DNA of 64,000 bases from Octopus sinensis (Eukaryota), in the NCBI RefSeq assembly GCF_006345805.1, contig NC_043011.1:23882464-23946463 (forward strand). Direction: 5' to 3'. The notes beneath the pieces are model-generated. The model was not told the DNA's origin and did not search any database. It saw only the letters and a program-made list of their open reading frames with translations. Both the position numbers and the translations under genes were made by a program. Positions 12,126 through 25,799 of the stretch are shown here, in pieces (within the stretch, counting starts at the first letter, position 1; every line of letters starts with the position of its first letter).

Positions 12126-13164
12126 GAGGGTTTTTCAAATTCTTAATTTAACGATCTATATTTCTAGTTCCTTTCCACCAGAAACGAAGGCGTGTGGTTT
12201 TAAGAACAGAGTAGTTAGGATGTTGTGACATTAATGCCTTTCCCAATGTATTTAACGATGTATTTGAGAAAGAAAATAGCTACAACTGGGGACTGAAAGT
12301 GGTTCGCAGATTCGGTTCGCTGCTACCCAGCCTTGTACTCCATCGCATTCGCCACGTTGTATTAAGTAGTAAAAGTACATCCATGTCTATACTAACCAAC
12401 GAGCCAACCAACCAACCAACCAACCAACCAACTGCTTAGATTCTGTAGGATAGTAATAGTGATTCCTAGTACATATTAGTCATATGACACGATCACATCA
12501 GTTATAAATATACCCTTAGTTTATAGTGATACTCCCATCCTCAAATTTCTTCAAACAATCATTTGTAACTGTTCCATCATGTGACAACCTTCAAAAGTAA
12601 TGGCTACTTTTAATTTTCAATTTTCCTTAATATCGTCTGGCTATTTGTTTTTTGCAAGAAGCCTTTTCTGTTATATAATGGAGCACACAAGAGAAAAATA
12701 TTTATGAAGCTCATCAACAGATGGTGCAGATAATTCTTTTTATCATATTGTTATCTCGCTAATTATATATCAGGAAGGTGACATACTTAGTAGCGTTTTC
12801 ATTAAAAGAAAAAAAAAAAAAATTAGCCGCAGGGATAATAACATTCTTGTCAGTCGAGATTTATTAAACTCCAACTAAATCCCCTTCTTCAAATTTGACC
12901 TCAATATTGTATTAGGGATATGTGTAGCGAGAACTATTTTCATAAAAATGAATACTAGCGATGAATAGTAAGTAACCACACACATTAGATAAGGTGAATT
13001 AATAGAAACTTATTCAGATATTGTCTTTCTATTTCGTGTAATATTCAATACAAGTTAAAGACCAAACTCTAAACTAAATGGAAACTTTTGTGACTTATTC
13101 TGTCCTCCTTCAAAAGCAATCGTAATTCTGTACAAATAGAATTACATTTACAACGTATCAAAAT

Positions 13165-13545
13165 ATAGGCGCAGGCATGGCTGTGGGGTAAGAAGCATGG
13201 TTTTAGGTTCAGTCCCACTGCGTGGCACCTTGGGCAAATGTCTTCTACTATAGTTTCGTGTCGAAACTATAGTACTTAAGATGGTAGACGGAAACTGAAA
13301 GAAGCCTGTCGTATATGTATATGTATGTGTGTGTGTGTGCATCTTTGTATATGTGTTTGTCCCCCACCACCACTTGACATCCGGTGTTGGTGTATTTACG
13401 TCCCCTCAGCTTAGCGGTTCAGCAAAAGACACCGATAGAATAAGTACCAGGCTTAAAAAAGTTCTGGGATTGATTCTTTCGGTCAAAAATTCTTCAAGGT
13501 GATGCTCCAGAATGGCTGCAGTTTAATGGTTGAAACAAGTATAAG
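13165..13545 (+). mobile_element. SINE-B copy
   Basis: GCAGGCATGGCTGTGGGGTAAGAAG...GGTTCAGTCCCACTGCG (A/B-box-like head), conserved body. Other copies at about 29750-30135, 30585-31050, 25300-25600(-), 40255-40425(-), 59965-60160(-), 61510-61655(-) and 63645-63800(-). Confidence 0.8.
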
Positions 13546-14167
13546 ATAAGATATATAAAATTTTAGTTTAGATTAGCCATTATATTTTACTTGATTCAGT
13601 CATTGGACAATAGCCATGCTGGGGCACCGCCTTGAAGTGTTTAATGGAACAGATGAACCTCTATCTCTTATTATAAAAGGCAGATTTTATCTGCCTCCCT
13701 TTGGGAGTTATACAAATCTACAATATAGGATTTCTTCAATTACAATTTACCTAGCATTTTTAAGAGTACAATGCATCGCGTCATGCCAGGTCCAGTTTTT
13801 AAAATTTAAACTCCAATTAAGCAAAATTTACAGAAAACTCACATTCTGGTGTGTGTGTCAAATGCTTTTCTTAGTCTGGTTTACACCACACGCAAACGCA
13901 CACACACAGTGGGCAACGAATAAAATGAAAGTAAATAGCGACAGAGTAATAAAATGAAAGTAAATAGCGACTGAAAGTATTCTGTCTATGACGCTGATAG
14001 ATACATGAGTAAAATGTATGGGAAGCTAAGAGCTAAGAGTGAGTGAAAATGTTCTTGGAAGAGAGTAAATAGCGAGAGAGAGAGTGATTTGAGGAAGACT
14101 TTACATTAAATAACCGTAGTGGCTTGTGTTAGTAATAAAGTAAACATACACTCATACATACATACAT

Positions 14168-14198
<31 letters not shown>

Positions 14199-14423
14199 TA
14201 CACACACACACATACATACACACACACATACATACATACACACATACTTACATACATACATATACATACATACATATACATACATACATACACACACACA
14301 CATACACACACACACAGTATTGAAGCTTGAGAACAATCAGATACATTTGCAACACATCTGTTGAAAATATTATTGTTCACACACATACATATACATATAT
14401 ACATACAGACAGACAGACAGATA

Positions 14424-14454
<31 letters not shown>

Positions 14455-14457
<3 letters not shown>

Positions 14458-14875
14458 ATCCAGCATGGCCACAACCTCAAGGCTGAAACATATAAAAGAA
14501 TAACAGAATATAAATGTGTGCAAAGTACAAGAAATATTAATGCAGTATATGGGGATTGGACAATAAGCGTAAGGCAGCGTCAATGGTGGTTCCAGAAATC
14601 CCGAGCCATAAACTACAGCCTAGAAGACGAGCCTCATCCTGAAAGATCTGTAGAACTCGACAAGGACATCCTGAAAACCCTGGTGGAACAAAATCTCATC
14701 GTAACTGTTGAGGAACTAGCAGAGAAGCTTGGATTTGGTCATTCAACCATTCATTGAGACCTGTGTGCTATCGGAAAAGTCAGCAAATTGGGTCAATGGG
14801 TTCCTCACGAACTTTCCGAGTCTAATTGCATGCAGAGAGTGAATGTATGCTTTTCTTTGCTGTCACATCTCACCA
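14455..14875 (+). mobile_element. mariner (DD34D/SETMAR-like) transposase N-terminal fragment
   Basis: Reads INAVYGD..QWWFQKSR...LEDEPH..R..ELAEKLG..HSTIH, then GQWVPHEL (the mariner WVPHEL motif). Truncated at about 14880. Confidence 0.8.
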
Positions 14876-14892
14876 CTACTGCGCTATGTATA

Positions 14893-15528
14893 TCTATATA
14901 TATAAAACTGTAGTTGTGTGAGTGTCTGTCCCTTCGATTTAGATTCCTAACTACTCCCACATTTTGCGGTGCAGTTTAACCAAATTCGGGTAGCTTATAG
15001 TCGTGATTCATATCGAGCCCGTCTGAGTATTAGCGCGCGTCTACGATGAGTCTACGATTTTAAAAATAATTTAACATCATTTTTTATTCCATTTTAATGC
15101 ATAATTTTTCGTGTGTCGATGGCGGCGGAGTTGGCGTCCAAGCTCACACCTGCACCTGTGGGGAAGGGAGTGTAAGGAAATCAACGTCGTAATGCGTTGT
15201 CAAGGAGACCAGCGTTCTTTTTGAACAACGACTTCATGGCTTGAAGACACCAAAACAGAAATGGCTAAGAAAGTGTCTACATGAGTCTACGATTTAAAAA
15301 AAAATTTACCATCGTTTTTTTTCCATTTTAATGCATTTTTTCGCTATTATATAAGGTAAGTAACTCTCTAAAAATGTCTACGATGAGTCAACGATTAAAA
15401 AAAAAATTTACCATCATATTTTTTTCATTTTTAATGCATTTTTTGCTATTTTTTGGCTATAACTCTCTAAAAATGCTTATATAGTTATTTCCCTTACAAA
15501 CCCGAGCAACGCCGGGCGATACTGCTAG
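14893..15528 (+). mobile_element. Non-autonomous Helitron
   Basis: A|TCTATATATATAAAACTG...CCCGAGCAACGCCGGGCGATACTGCTAG|T: 5' TC, 3' subterminal CCCG..CGGG hairpin, CTAG end, inserted between A and T. Three internal subrepeats of about 65 bp. Confidence 0.8.
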
Positions 15529-16702
15529 TCACTTAATATTCTTTAAAATCCGGTGCTTATTCAATCGGTCACTTTTTGATGAACCGCTTGGTAATGGGGA
15601 CGAAAATAAACCAATACCGATTGTTAAGCTGTTGGGGACTAGATACAAACGAGATCACACACACACACACACACACAGACACAGACACACACACAGACAC
15701 ACACAACACACACACACACACACACACGCACGCACGCATGCACGCACGCACGCACACATACAACAAGCTTCTACACATTTTCAGTTTATCAAGGCATTGG
15801 TCGGCCCGGGACAATAGTGGAAGGCTTTTGCCCAAGGCACTTCGCAGTGGGATGATCCTGAAACCAGGTTGTTGTAAGGCGTGCTTCTTAACCACACAGT
15901 CCTGCTTGTACATTGTATAAAAATATTTCTGTTCGAGAAAACACAAAGTTAAATTTTGACAAGGTGGGTTTAGAGCAGGTTGTCCTATTATATTACTGTC
16001 CTATTATATTACTGGTATTTACTGAAATGCGCTGCAAAGAAAAACGAGACCCGGTAGCGTTTGCACTTAGAACTGGCGAATTTAAATACAAGTCATCTAG
16101 TTTTGTGTGCTACTGCTCTTGTTTTCAGCTCTAATACTAATGACTTAGTAATTTCTTTTTACTCCTTCATATATAGTAACCCCAACAGTGTGGAGGCGCA
16201 ATGGCCCATTGGTTAGGGCAGCGGTCGTAAGAACGCGGTTTCGATTCCCAGACCGGGCATTGTGAGTGTTTAGTGAGCAAAAACACCTAAGCTCCACGAT
16301 GCTCCGGCGTGGGGAGCGATGAACCTCGCTGTACTCTTTCACCACAACTTTCTCTCACTCTTTGTTCCTACTTCTGCCACGAAGCACAGGAACCATGGTG
16401 TAACCCACTATAGTGTGGTAAAACTTTCAGAGTAAAACAATGGACTAACTCTGTTACCTCTTTTTGTTTTAACGGTAAATATTCGAATTTATTTATGGAT
16501 AGTAAAATAGTGTTTTGCTTTCGTATACTCAGCCTGTAAATAGAAGTTCTATTCTGCTCTTTTTTTTTTATGTGACAGCAAAACTAGGTATTCATCACAT
16601 TTATTATAAAGTTAGCTAATTCAGACAAGCCAGAGAACAGGGTAAAATGCCACAGAGATGGCATTTTTACCTCTGTTCACATGGCATTAGTCGGTCCAGG
16701 AT

Positions 16703-16930
16703 GGCGAGCTGGCAGAAACGTTAGCACGCCCGCCGAAATGCGTAGCCGTATTTCTTCTGCCGCTACGTTCTGAGTTCAAATCCCGCCGAGGTTGACATTG
16801 CCTTTCATCCTTTCGGGGTCGATAAATTAAGTACCAGTTACCCACTGGGGTCGATATAATCGACTTAATCCGTTTTTCTGTCCTTGTAAGTCATCTCTGT
16901 GTTTAGCCCCTTGTGGGTAGTAAAGAAATA
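16703..16930 (+). mobile_element. SINE-A copy (A2-type tail)
   Basis: GGCGAGCTGGCAGAAACGTTAGC...GAGTTCAAATCCC...ending TGTGTTTAGCCCCTTGTGGGTAGTAAAGAAATA. Confidence 0.85.
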
Positions 16931-17139
16931 TATATTGTAGAAGAGGCTCTTGCCCAGTAGCACTAAACCCAAAACCAAGTGGTTGCGAAACGAACTTCTT
17001 TACCACACAGCCACGTCTGCGCCTATCATAAATTTAAAAAGAAATATTTAATGATTAACAAAACTATAATAAGGGTTTTCGTCTGATTTATACCGTGTGT
17101 CAACTCCTTATCATCTGTAAAAATAGCATTACAAATACC

Positions 17140-17361
17140 AGTTTCAAATTTTGGCACAAGGCCAGCAAGTTTAAGGCAGGAGATAAGTTGATTACATCGA
17201 CCTCCCCCGCCCAGTACTCAACTGGTACTTATTTTATCGACACCGAAAGGATGAAAGGCAAAGTCGACCTCGGTGGAATTTGAACTCAGAACGTTGCGGC
17301 AGACAAAATGCCGCTTAGCATTTTGTCCAGCATGCTCATGATTCTGCCACCTCACCGCTTT
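17140..17361 (-). mobile_element. SINE-A copy, inverted relative to 16703-16930
   Basis: Same core in the opposite orientation, 90 nt into intron 4. Confidence 0.8.
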
Positions 17362-17451
17362 AATAACAATATTTGTATCATTACGATTTACGGAATTGGA
17401 AAAGAAATGTTTGAGGTTTAAAACAATATTGAAATCCTGAATGTTACTTAC

Positions 17452-17596
17452 TCGGTATATCTGCTTCAACCAAATCGTCATAGTCGTAGCCAAGAGCGTG
17501 TGAGTGAGCAAACATCATGAAGTTCTTTTCTACTGGAAAGAACGGCACCATGTTGGCCATTCTACCGTGACCCGGCGGGGCTTCAAATACTGGCAG
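17452..17596 (-). CDS. TYR: Tyrosinase-family gene, coding exon 4
   Basis: Acceptor cttctttgacag|CTG, donor CCG A|gtaagt, phase 1. The 145 nt encode LPVFEAPPGHGRMANMVPFFPVEKNFMMFAHSHALGYDYDDLVEADIP, matching the TYR-family APIGHN..MVPF.P...LGYDY block. Confidence 0.93.
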
Positions 17597-18113
17597 CTGT
17601 CAAAGAAGAGAAATAGTTACATAAAATTTTAAAACTTATATAGAAACTTTAATATTATGTGGTGAATATTTTGTTTACGGCGGTGTTGATGATGGCTACA
17701 GAAGTATAAAATGTTTATGGTTAAAAGAAAAACCCAAACACAAACATGCAAAAGACCCTCTCCCCACCAAAAACAAAAACAAACTACATCTGGTAAATGT
17801 TTAGGAAATTTCTTTAAATAATAATCTTAGTTTTTATCCTGTTGCCCTATAATAGAAAAACATACAAAGTGTGTGTATTAAAAATGTGTGTATTAAAACG
17901 GCTCTGTATTAAAACTGTAAAAAGGCTGACTGTTTTTCACACAGATATGCGTACGTGGTTACATACGTGAATAGATAAAAGTTGGCACTGTATGTAACAA
18001 ATACACTGAATAACTTATGGAATTCTCATTACTTCGTTGTGCTGAATACAAATGCTCGCACGATTGTAGTTTCAAGATGCCTGGCCTGCACTAGATATGA
18101 TGTATTACATCAA

Positions 18114-18283
18114 ACGAGGGGGTGTTGAAAAGCTCCTGGCTTTAGGTAAAAGAAAATGCAAGAAGATCCGTTAATTATGAATTTATTCAACATATTCCTA
18201 TCTCAGATTCACACATTTATTGCAGCGGTCCTGGGCCTTTCGTGATACACTTAAAGCCAGAAACTTTTCAATACCATTTCATA
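18114..18283. mobile_element. mariner-derived MITE
   Basis: TIR CGAGGGGGTGTTGAAAAGCTCCTGGCTTTA paired with TAAAGCCAGAAACTTTTCAATACC. A related, more diverged copy lies at about 53160-53425. Confidence 0.6.
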
Positions 18284-19356
18284 TATGAAACATTAAAATG
18301 GTGCCCTACAAATCAAGGGGTTGCAATATTTAAATTTCACAATTATACACCCGTTTGCATAAACAAGATGTGCATAGGATAAATAGTTTCAGATTTTAGC
18401 ACAAGGCCAGGAATTTAGGGGGAGGGGTAAGCCGTTTATATCGACCCCAAGTACTAGACTGGTACTTAATTTTATCGATCCAAAAGGATGACAGCTAAGT
18501 TGGCCTTGGCGGAATTTGAGCATAATGACAATGGTTTTAAATTTTGTTAGAAGACCAGCAAATTTAGAGGAGTGGGAAAAGCAGGTTGCACCGATCTCAG
18601 TGCTCAACTCGTATTTATTTTATCGATTCCGAAAGGATAAAAAGCAATGTCGACCTCAGCAGAATTTGAACTCGGAACGTAAAGATCCGAAGGAAATACA
18701 GCTAAGCACTTTGACCGACACGCAAACGATTCTGTCAGCTTGAGGTCTTCGTGCATAGTTTTGAGTGAAAAGTTCAAAATGTCAGAATCTTGTCGACATA
18801 TCACAAAATATTTAATTTCTACTATATACTACTTAACGGATAATCTTCAGGATTTTTTCCCAGAACAACAGGTTCTTCTGCTCTCATTGTTTTATTCATT
18901 CTTGCTTCCGTCTGTGGGGACTTATTTATAAATTTACGAGTTAATTCCTTTGCACTATTTCTTACACACCGATCGAAACAAAGGAAAGTGATATCTTGCT
19001 CATGATGTGTATCTGAGCAGCAATAACTCATAAATTAGTATTGTAGATGTCTCTTTGAAGATCAAGAAAACCTAATGAGTTTTTTTTTTATTGTTCACAG
19101 TAGCATAAACAAATAAATAAATAAATTATAAATGCATAAATGCATTATAAATGCATTCTTTAATTCATTCACCATGCTCCACGGGGCTAGAATACTTTCA
19201 GAATTAAACAACCTTGAACAAGAAGAAAGATGTTTTAAAAGTCGCAATTGTTGAAGCTTTTTTAAATGATTTGCATACAGCTATTATTTTGACACTAATT
19301 TCAAACCAATAAAAGTTTGAATAAAAATGATTTTCTGCCTCTTGAAAACATTGAGA

Positions 19357-19670
19357 GTGGAGGCGCAATGGCCCAGTGGTTAGGACAGCGGACTCGCGGT
19401 CGGAGGATCGCGGTTTCGATTCCCAGACCGGGCGTTGTGTGTGTTTATTGAGCGAAAACACCTAAAAGCTCCACGACCTCCGGCTGGGGTTGGTGGCGAC
19501 CCCTGTTATACTCTTTCGCCACAACTTTCTCTCACTCACTCTTCCTGTTTCTTGAGCAATGCTGCGATGGACTGGCGTCCCTTCCAGCTTGGGGGAACAC
19601 ATACGCCAGAGAAATCGGGAAGCCGGGCCCACGAGCCTGGCTAGGCTTGAAAAGGGCGCAAAGAAAGAAA
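19357..19670 (+). mobile_element. SINE-C (tRNA head plus V-domain-like CTGCGATGGACTGGCGTCCC)
   Basis: Head GTGGAGGCGCAATGGCCCAGTGGTTAG...GGTTTCGATTCCC. Related copies at about 16191-16400 and 20454-20760, so two copies flank exon 3. Confidence 0.8.
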
Positions 19671-20000
19671 AGAAGAAAACCTTGATAAGTTTTAGGTATA
19701 CAGTGCTGTTTGGGAACAAAAAAATATGTCACTGTTATCCACAATGTGAAGATATGTAATTCGATTCAGAGACAGACACATATGGAGAGAGGATTACCGG
19801 ATCTCGAGCCCATGTTCATATTGTTGCGTATCAGATTAGCTGGTTCCATAACGAACAATGTAGAAGCCTTACCCAAAAGATTTAAATCATGATTGACTAA
19901 ATCCTCCTCCTCCTCGTCACCGTCGAGAAAATAATATTTCAGCTAGGAATCGAAACAATATTTCTGCAACTCTCTTATAATTTTAACATATTACACTTAC

Positions 20001-20135
20001 CTCTGAGAAAGCTGGTTGGTTTTCTCTGATCCAAATTTCCAGAGTTTTATCTATGAATGCATGATGAAGCTGGAAAACAGGGTCGAATGCAGCTGTAACC
20101 AATTCCGAAAATGTTCCATTCATGAAAGCATGGAC
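20001..20135 (-). CDS. TYR: Tyrosinase-family gene, coding exon 3 (CuB site)
   Basis: Not in the ORF track in this frame. Acceptor cttttctcag|GTC CAT, donor GAG|gtaagt. The 135 nt encode VHAFMNGTFSELVTAAFDPVFQLHHAFIDKTLEIWIRENQPAFSE, completing HNQ-VH and supplying the DPxFxLHH CuB motif. Confidence 0.95.
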
Positions 20136-22072
20136 CTGAGAAAAGAGATGTTTCAAAATTATAAACAGACAAAATGAAGCAAAAAACTTTACTCGTGGAA
20201 CAAATTAAAAATAACAGAAAGAGGAACATTTTGTTCCAAAGTGCTGTTCGTTGCTTTTGAAAATATGCTGACCGCTTTCATTTTTTGATCACCTTATTCA
20301 TAATATCTTGGGTTGGAAATTAATAAGTTGAATATCCAGAGCGTGACCACAATGCGCTGGAGCTCATACGGAAATAACTGTCTGAGACCTTTATTTAAAT
20401 ATCGAAATTACACTTTCGAATTGCTCGTTATATGGTAGCTCTATCAACTAAGGGGTGGAGGCGTATGGCCGAGAGGTTAGAGCAGCGGACTCGCGGTCGA
20501 GGGATCGTTGGTTCGAATCTCAGACCGGGCGATGTGTGTGTTTATGAGCAAAACACCTAAGCTCCACGCGGCTCCGGCAGAAGGTTATGACGAACTTCTG
20601 CTGACTCTTTCTCCACAACTTTCTCTCACTCTTTCCTCCTGCATCTTGCAGCTCATCAGCGACGGACCGGCGTCCTGTCCAGGTGGGGAACCTATACGCC
20701 AAGGAAACCGGGAAACCGGCCCTTATGAGCCAGGCATGGCTCGAGAAGGATCAAACAATATCAAGTAGGACTTCTGGATACTTGCTCAGTTTAGGCACCT
20801 TTAAAAGTCTGTACATACTCATTAGAGAAAACAGGGCCCCATATTTTCCAAAAGATTTGACACCACCCATGCTGTTAACTGAAAAAATTTAACAAAGCAT
20901 TTTCCACTGTTATTTCTACTTCGTAGAAGAACGTTGTGAATAAAAGAAATGTCTTTCTTGTGAATATTTTGTTATACTTTGAACCATCGAGGAAAAACCG
21001 AAACCATGATCTAGAAATTTTGTTGAATCCGAAATATCTACCGCACAGACTTCATTTGTCATAAAACTTTAAAAAATCTATCATAACACGCGAATTAAAA
21101 ACTTATCATAAAGAGCAAACTAAATTATTAACAAAAGAAATATTTTTAGTTATCGGCGAAACTGTTATCAGATAAGATTATTTTATAAAAGAATGAAATA
21201 GACCAAACTCACGTTTAAACGAAAACATGCACGTACTTAGCCACATTAAAGGTGCTGATGTTATTAGTTTGCCACTACAACGATCAGATTTATAGTCTTT
21301 TATTATAAGCTACTTTTTAATAACGAAGGAAAACTTGAGAAGTGAGAGCTGTCTTTTAATAAAGGAAGAATTAATCTGTGAAGTAGTCAATTAACTATAC
21401 ATAATTTACGATGTATACTAACACACGATACACAGCAATTTACCATAGATTAAATTTATGTTCAAAGAAAATACAAGACAAAACGTCATGAATGCAGTAA
21501 GATAAAACATCAATAGCTTGAAATATGTAGTCCGTTTTAGACAGCATAAATAACAGAAGCGAAGGTTTTAGACTGAATATGTACCGTAAAGAAAACCGGA
21601 ACAAGCCGTGAATTCATGGATGAAAGCAAGCTTCAAAAAGAACATTAAAAACTGGAACAAGAAGCGACATTTAAATACTTTTGCTAGCTCGCCAAAGAAA
21701 ACCTAAAGAGCAAGAAGAAGATAAGATAAATGAAATGTGGGAATGGTGAATTTATAGTTCATAAAAACACCCGTACAACTAAAATAAATAAATAAAAACC
21801 GTAACGTCAAAAGAAACTTCATTAACTGCTTGAAAACAACTTTAGACTGTTAAATCATTCACTTGTCTATTATTACTGTGTAACAGACGTTCAGTAAATA
21901 TTTAGAAAACTATTTGAATTATATACAAAAAGAAGTATTTCAAATTCTGGTAATCCTACAATACGAATAAATCTGGTTTAATAAAGAATACTGACATGTT
22001 TTATCATACGACTTGGTAACAATAAAGGAAGTTGGAGAAGGAAAGAAGGAGACGGAAAACATGCACACACAC

Positions 22073-22103
<31 letters not shown>

Positions 22104-24601
22104 CACACACACACACACACCACACACACACACACACCATATCTAAACGGACGGCACCAAAAATGACTAAAAGTTCTAATGAAAAGCTGCATAAGACGGA
22201 TGAATAACAGACAGGAATAGTTAGTCATCATAAGTCAACCTCTGAAGTGTATACAATACTCTGTCGAATTGAAACATCCATAAGGTGATTCGACCACTAC
22301 GTTTACCTGTTGAGAATTAGTCGATGTACTTACGGTTCCATTGCAATGTAATAAAATATTTAAGTTATGATCTCTTTTGGTGAAAGTTACCTTTTTTCAA
22401 AGAAGTTTACCTGGTGAGTCCTGATGGTGAGGAGATAACTTTCATCAGAACACGCGAGAAATTAGATACGGCTGTCAAAAAGAGATTGATCGAAAACTGC
22501 TAGACCTGAAAATTGGAGATATCTAGAATTGACAATCTGCCAGTTTGGCATCATTACATCACCGCTGTCATCAATTAACTGAGAAACATTACCCTCATTT
22601 CAGACACGTCACTATTGAAATTTTTATCTTCAGCTGACTTCAAATCATCATGTGAAGACGTTTGATTAAATTTAGCTTTGATATTCATTAGAATTTTCTA
22701 AAATTATCTTTGACTTTTTTCTTTTTAAGCGTTTGTTTGGGGTGAGGTCGAAAAATTGGTGGAAAAATCGTTAAAATAGCAAGTAAGATAGTAACTAAAA
22801 TAGCAACTAAGTACGTGAACAGACATTTGTAAAGAGCTTTTTCCTGAACCAACGACCTGTCTTTACTCTAACTGACCAATCTATTAAAATTTGACCGAGT
22901 TATTATATGGGGGTCTCTTCAATTCCTGTTATGTGGAGAATTTGGTTGAGCATCAAGTCTGGAATTCCTAGTGAACGAAGAATACGGTCCAAGCGCGTTA
23001 ATCAATGAAATCCAAGTTGAGAAAGAAACATTGGTCATTAGTTAAAGTGCAAAGTAGCAGCTGTATTCAACAAATCAAAATGTCTTTTTTGCTGAATGGT
23101 AAAATGACCAGAAATCATCTGAACTCACCAAAAGAGCAAGTTTAACTACCAGACTTTAACAATTCGTTAATACAAAAAGTTACTGCGAGACTATAAATCA
23201 CTGTTTAGGAACTGCATTATAAATCAAACATATCCGCAACTGCCGAGGAAAAAGGATAATTAGTTGTTTCCTACAAATATAGTTTGATTTAATCACATAT
23301 TTGATTGTACATAAGCATTTTAATATTCTGATTAAATATTACCTGTCAAGTTGATGGCGTCTCAGAATTATTTAGATTTTAAATATTTTTCTTTCTTTTG
23401 GCTCCAGAATATATGTTTAATTGTAAATATTTAAGCTTGTATGCTGTACAATAAAATAAATAAGTTACAGTAAGGCTAAGTTTACACTGACAAACTCTAA
23501 TGAGCGTGAACATGCCTGGTGTTGTCTCCCTTATTTGCCGAAAGAAAAGGATAAAAGATTAATATTAGACACGAAAAAATATTTTTATTTCACAGCATAT
23601 CTAATCCAACCCCAATTTTTTTTTTATATTTTAAACATTAAGTTCCCCACCCACTTAACAAATCAATATTCCTTCCTCGATTAGTTTCAAATTTAGTATA
23701 TCAAATTTATTAATTAAAAACAGTTTGTACGTGTTATCCTATACAAAAATTGCTTAAGCTTTGTAATCTCAGATTATCTAGCTTAAAACTAAAGTAGCTA
23801 CTTTCTTGGCATGAATTACTGACATACAACAGAAGACAAAATACTATTATCTATCACATAACTTGGACGTTACCATGAACATAGAATTTTCTAGATTTAG
23901 TACGACAACACTTCCCATATGTACATAAATATAGTAAATTTCACAATACATAATATATTGGCTTCGAATTTTGGCACAGGGCCAGCAATTTTAGGGAGGG
24001 GTAAATCAGTCACATCGACCCCAGTTTTCAACTGGAACTTATTTTATCGACTTCCAAAGGGCGAAAGTCAAATTCACCTTGGCGGGATTTGAAGCTTTTT
24101 GTCGGCTTGTTAACGATTCTGCCAACTCGCCGCCTTATTACAATACATAAAATATTAAGGTCAGTAGTTCATCCCTGGACAATACTATTTCCCAGATAAC
24201 TTACTACAAACAAAAACAGATAATATTCAAACCACATTTAACGAAGTAGTGAATGACTTCACACGAACAACTAATTACACAAGTTGGCAGTGAAATAATT
24301 TTAAATCAATTTTTGAAATGTATATGATGAAATTAATGCCGAATTAAAATTTCAAAGAACTCGAAGAACAAGGTAAAAATTATTATCTCGTTCAGAGTAC
24401 TTGTATATCAAATACCATGCATTTAAGCTTAATAAGTAAATTGAACTAGTAGCTTGGTTGTTTCTATGAAACACATAAACAGGAAAACATTAAACCAACG
24501 GCCCGACACGTCTGTGTTTCTAGCGATTATATTGGTAAAGGTTAATATGTTACTGCCGTCACTATGTATCTGCTGTGCCTATACATGTGTGTAAGTTCGT
24601 A

Positions 24602-24686
<85 letters not shown>

Positions 24687-25499
24687 GTAAAAAAAATATA
24701 ACATGTGACTTCATTGACCGAGGCAACCGTGGTCTTTTCCGTAGGCTTTTCTTTCCACGGGTAAACCTCACCTGTCCTTCCCTTTACACCTTATATTGAC
24801 ATTTCTGTGATAACGATCCCTATTGATCGATTTTTTTCTTTTTCCTTTTATTTTTATCAGCCCCACATTTTCTTTTGCTTTCCTCTTTCTTTCCTTTTAC
24901 GATCCCCTTTGATGGAAAACCAAACCCCCTTTTTTTATCCCCAAAAAGAAAAGATCTACCTTGTAATTTGTCCCGTCTGTGCGCAGCCCTGTGTGGCTAA
25001 TAAAGAAACATATCTATGTTTGTTTAAGGTATTTTGGGTAAAAACCTCGTAATGCGCGTTTAAGAGCTCCTATGCTGTCACGTGGCTACCACATGTTATT
25101 ATACCTCAGGGTATTATTTCTAGGTATGAGTATATATACGGAACTCCTTTCTGCGTAGGATTAAGAAAATAATGATAATATATCACGAGGATGAAATTTA
25201 ACAAGCTTTAATAGTGGAATCACGACGTACGTTTCTACACCTCACATCAACTTTACGTTTCCGGGCTCATATTCTTATAGCATTCTCTCTTTCTCTCTCT
25301 TTTACTTGTTTCAGTCATTTGACCGCGGCCATGCTGGTGCACCGCCTTTAATCGAGCAACTCGACCTCGGGACTTGTTCTTTTGTAAGCCCAGTACTTAT
25401 TATATCGGTCACTTTTGCCGAACCGCTAAGTACCTGGGACATAAACACACCAGCATCGGTTGTCAAGCAATGCTAGGGGGACAAACACAGACTAACACA

Positions 25500-25554
<55 letters not shown>

Positions 25555-25799
25555 GACGGGCTTCTTTCAGTTTCCGTCTACCAAATCCACTCACAAGGCT
25601 TTAGTCGATTACATCGACGCCAGTGTTCATCTGATACTTATCTTTATCGACCCCGATATCGTTTAGTTAGCTGAACTATGATACTTTCACTTCATCAGTA
25701 TGGAAACAGACAAGTGGTTCAGTTAGCTAAGTAATGTGTGAAAATTTACATGAGTATTACTGTCCATGAATACATTATATGTTTTTTTACTTTGAATTT

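Noticed and set aside
18822-19960. Non-repetitive-looking stretches and short ORFs in intron 3 as possible extra exons
   Set aside because: Exons 3 and 4 join with no gap relative to the TYR family alignment, and no recognisable domain or good splice pair was found.
20047-20229. 60-aa Cys-rich ORF overlapping exon 3
   Set aside because: Alternative frame of exon 3 plus intron. Relevant only as the product of the shifted donor.
20900-23900. Long AT-rich unique-looking region in intron 2, a possible decayed transposase or nested gene
   Set aside because: No ORF of note and no motif that I could recognise in any frame.
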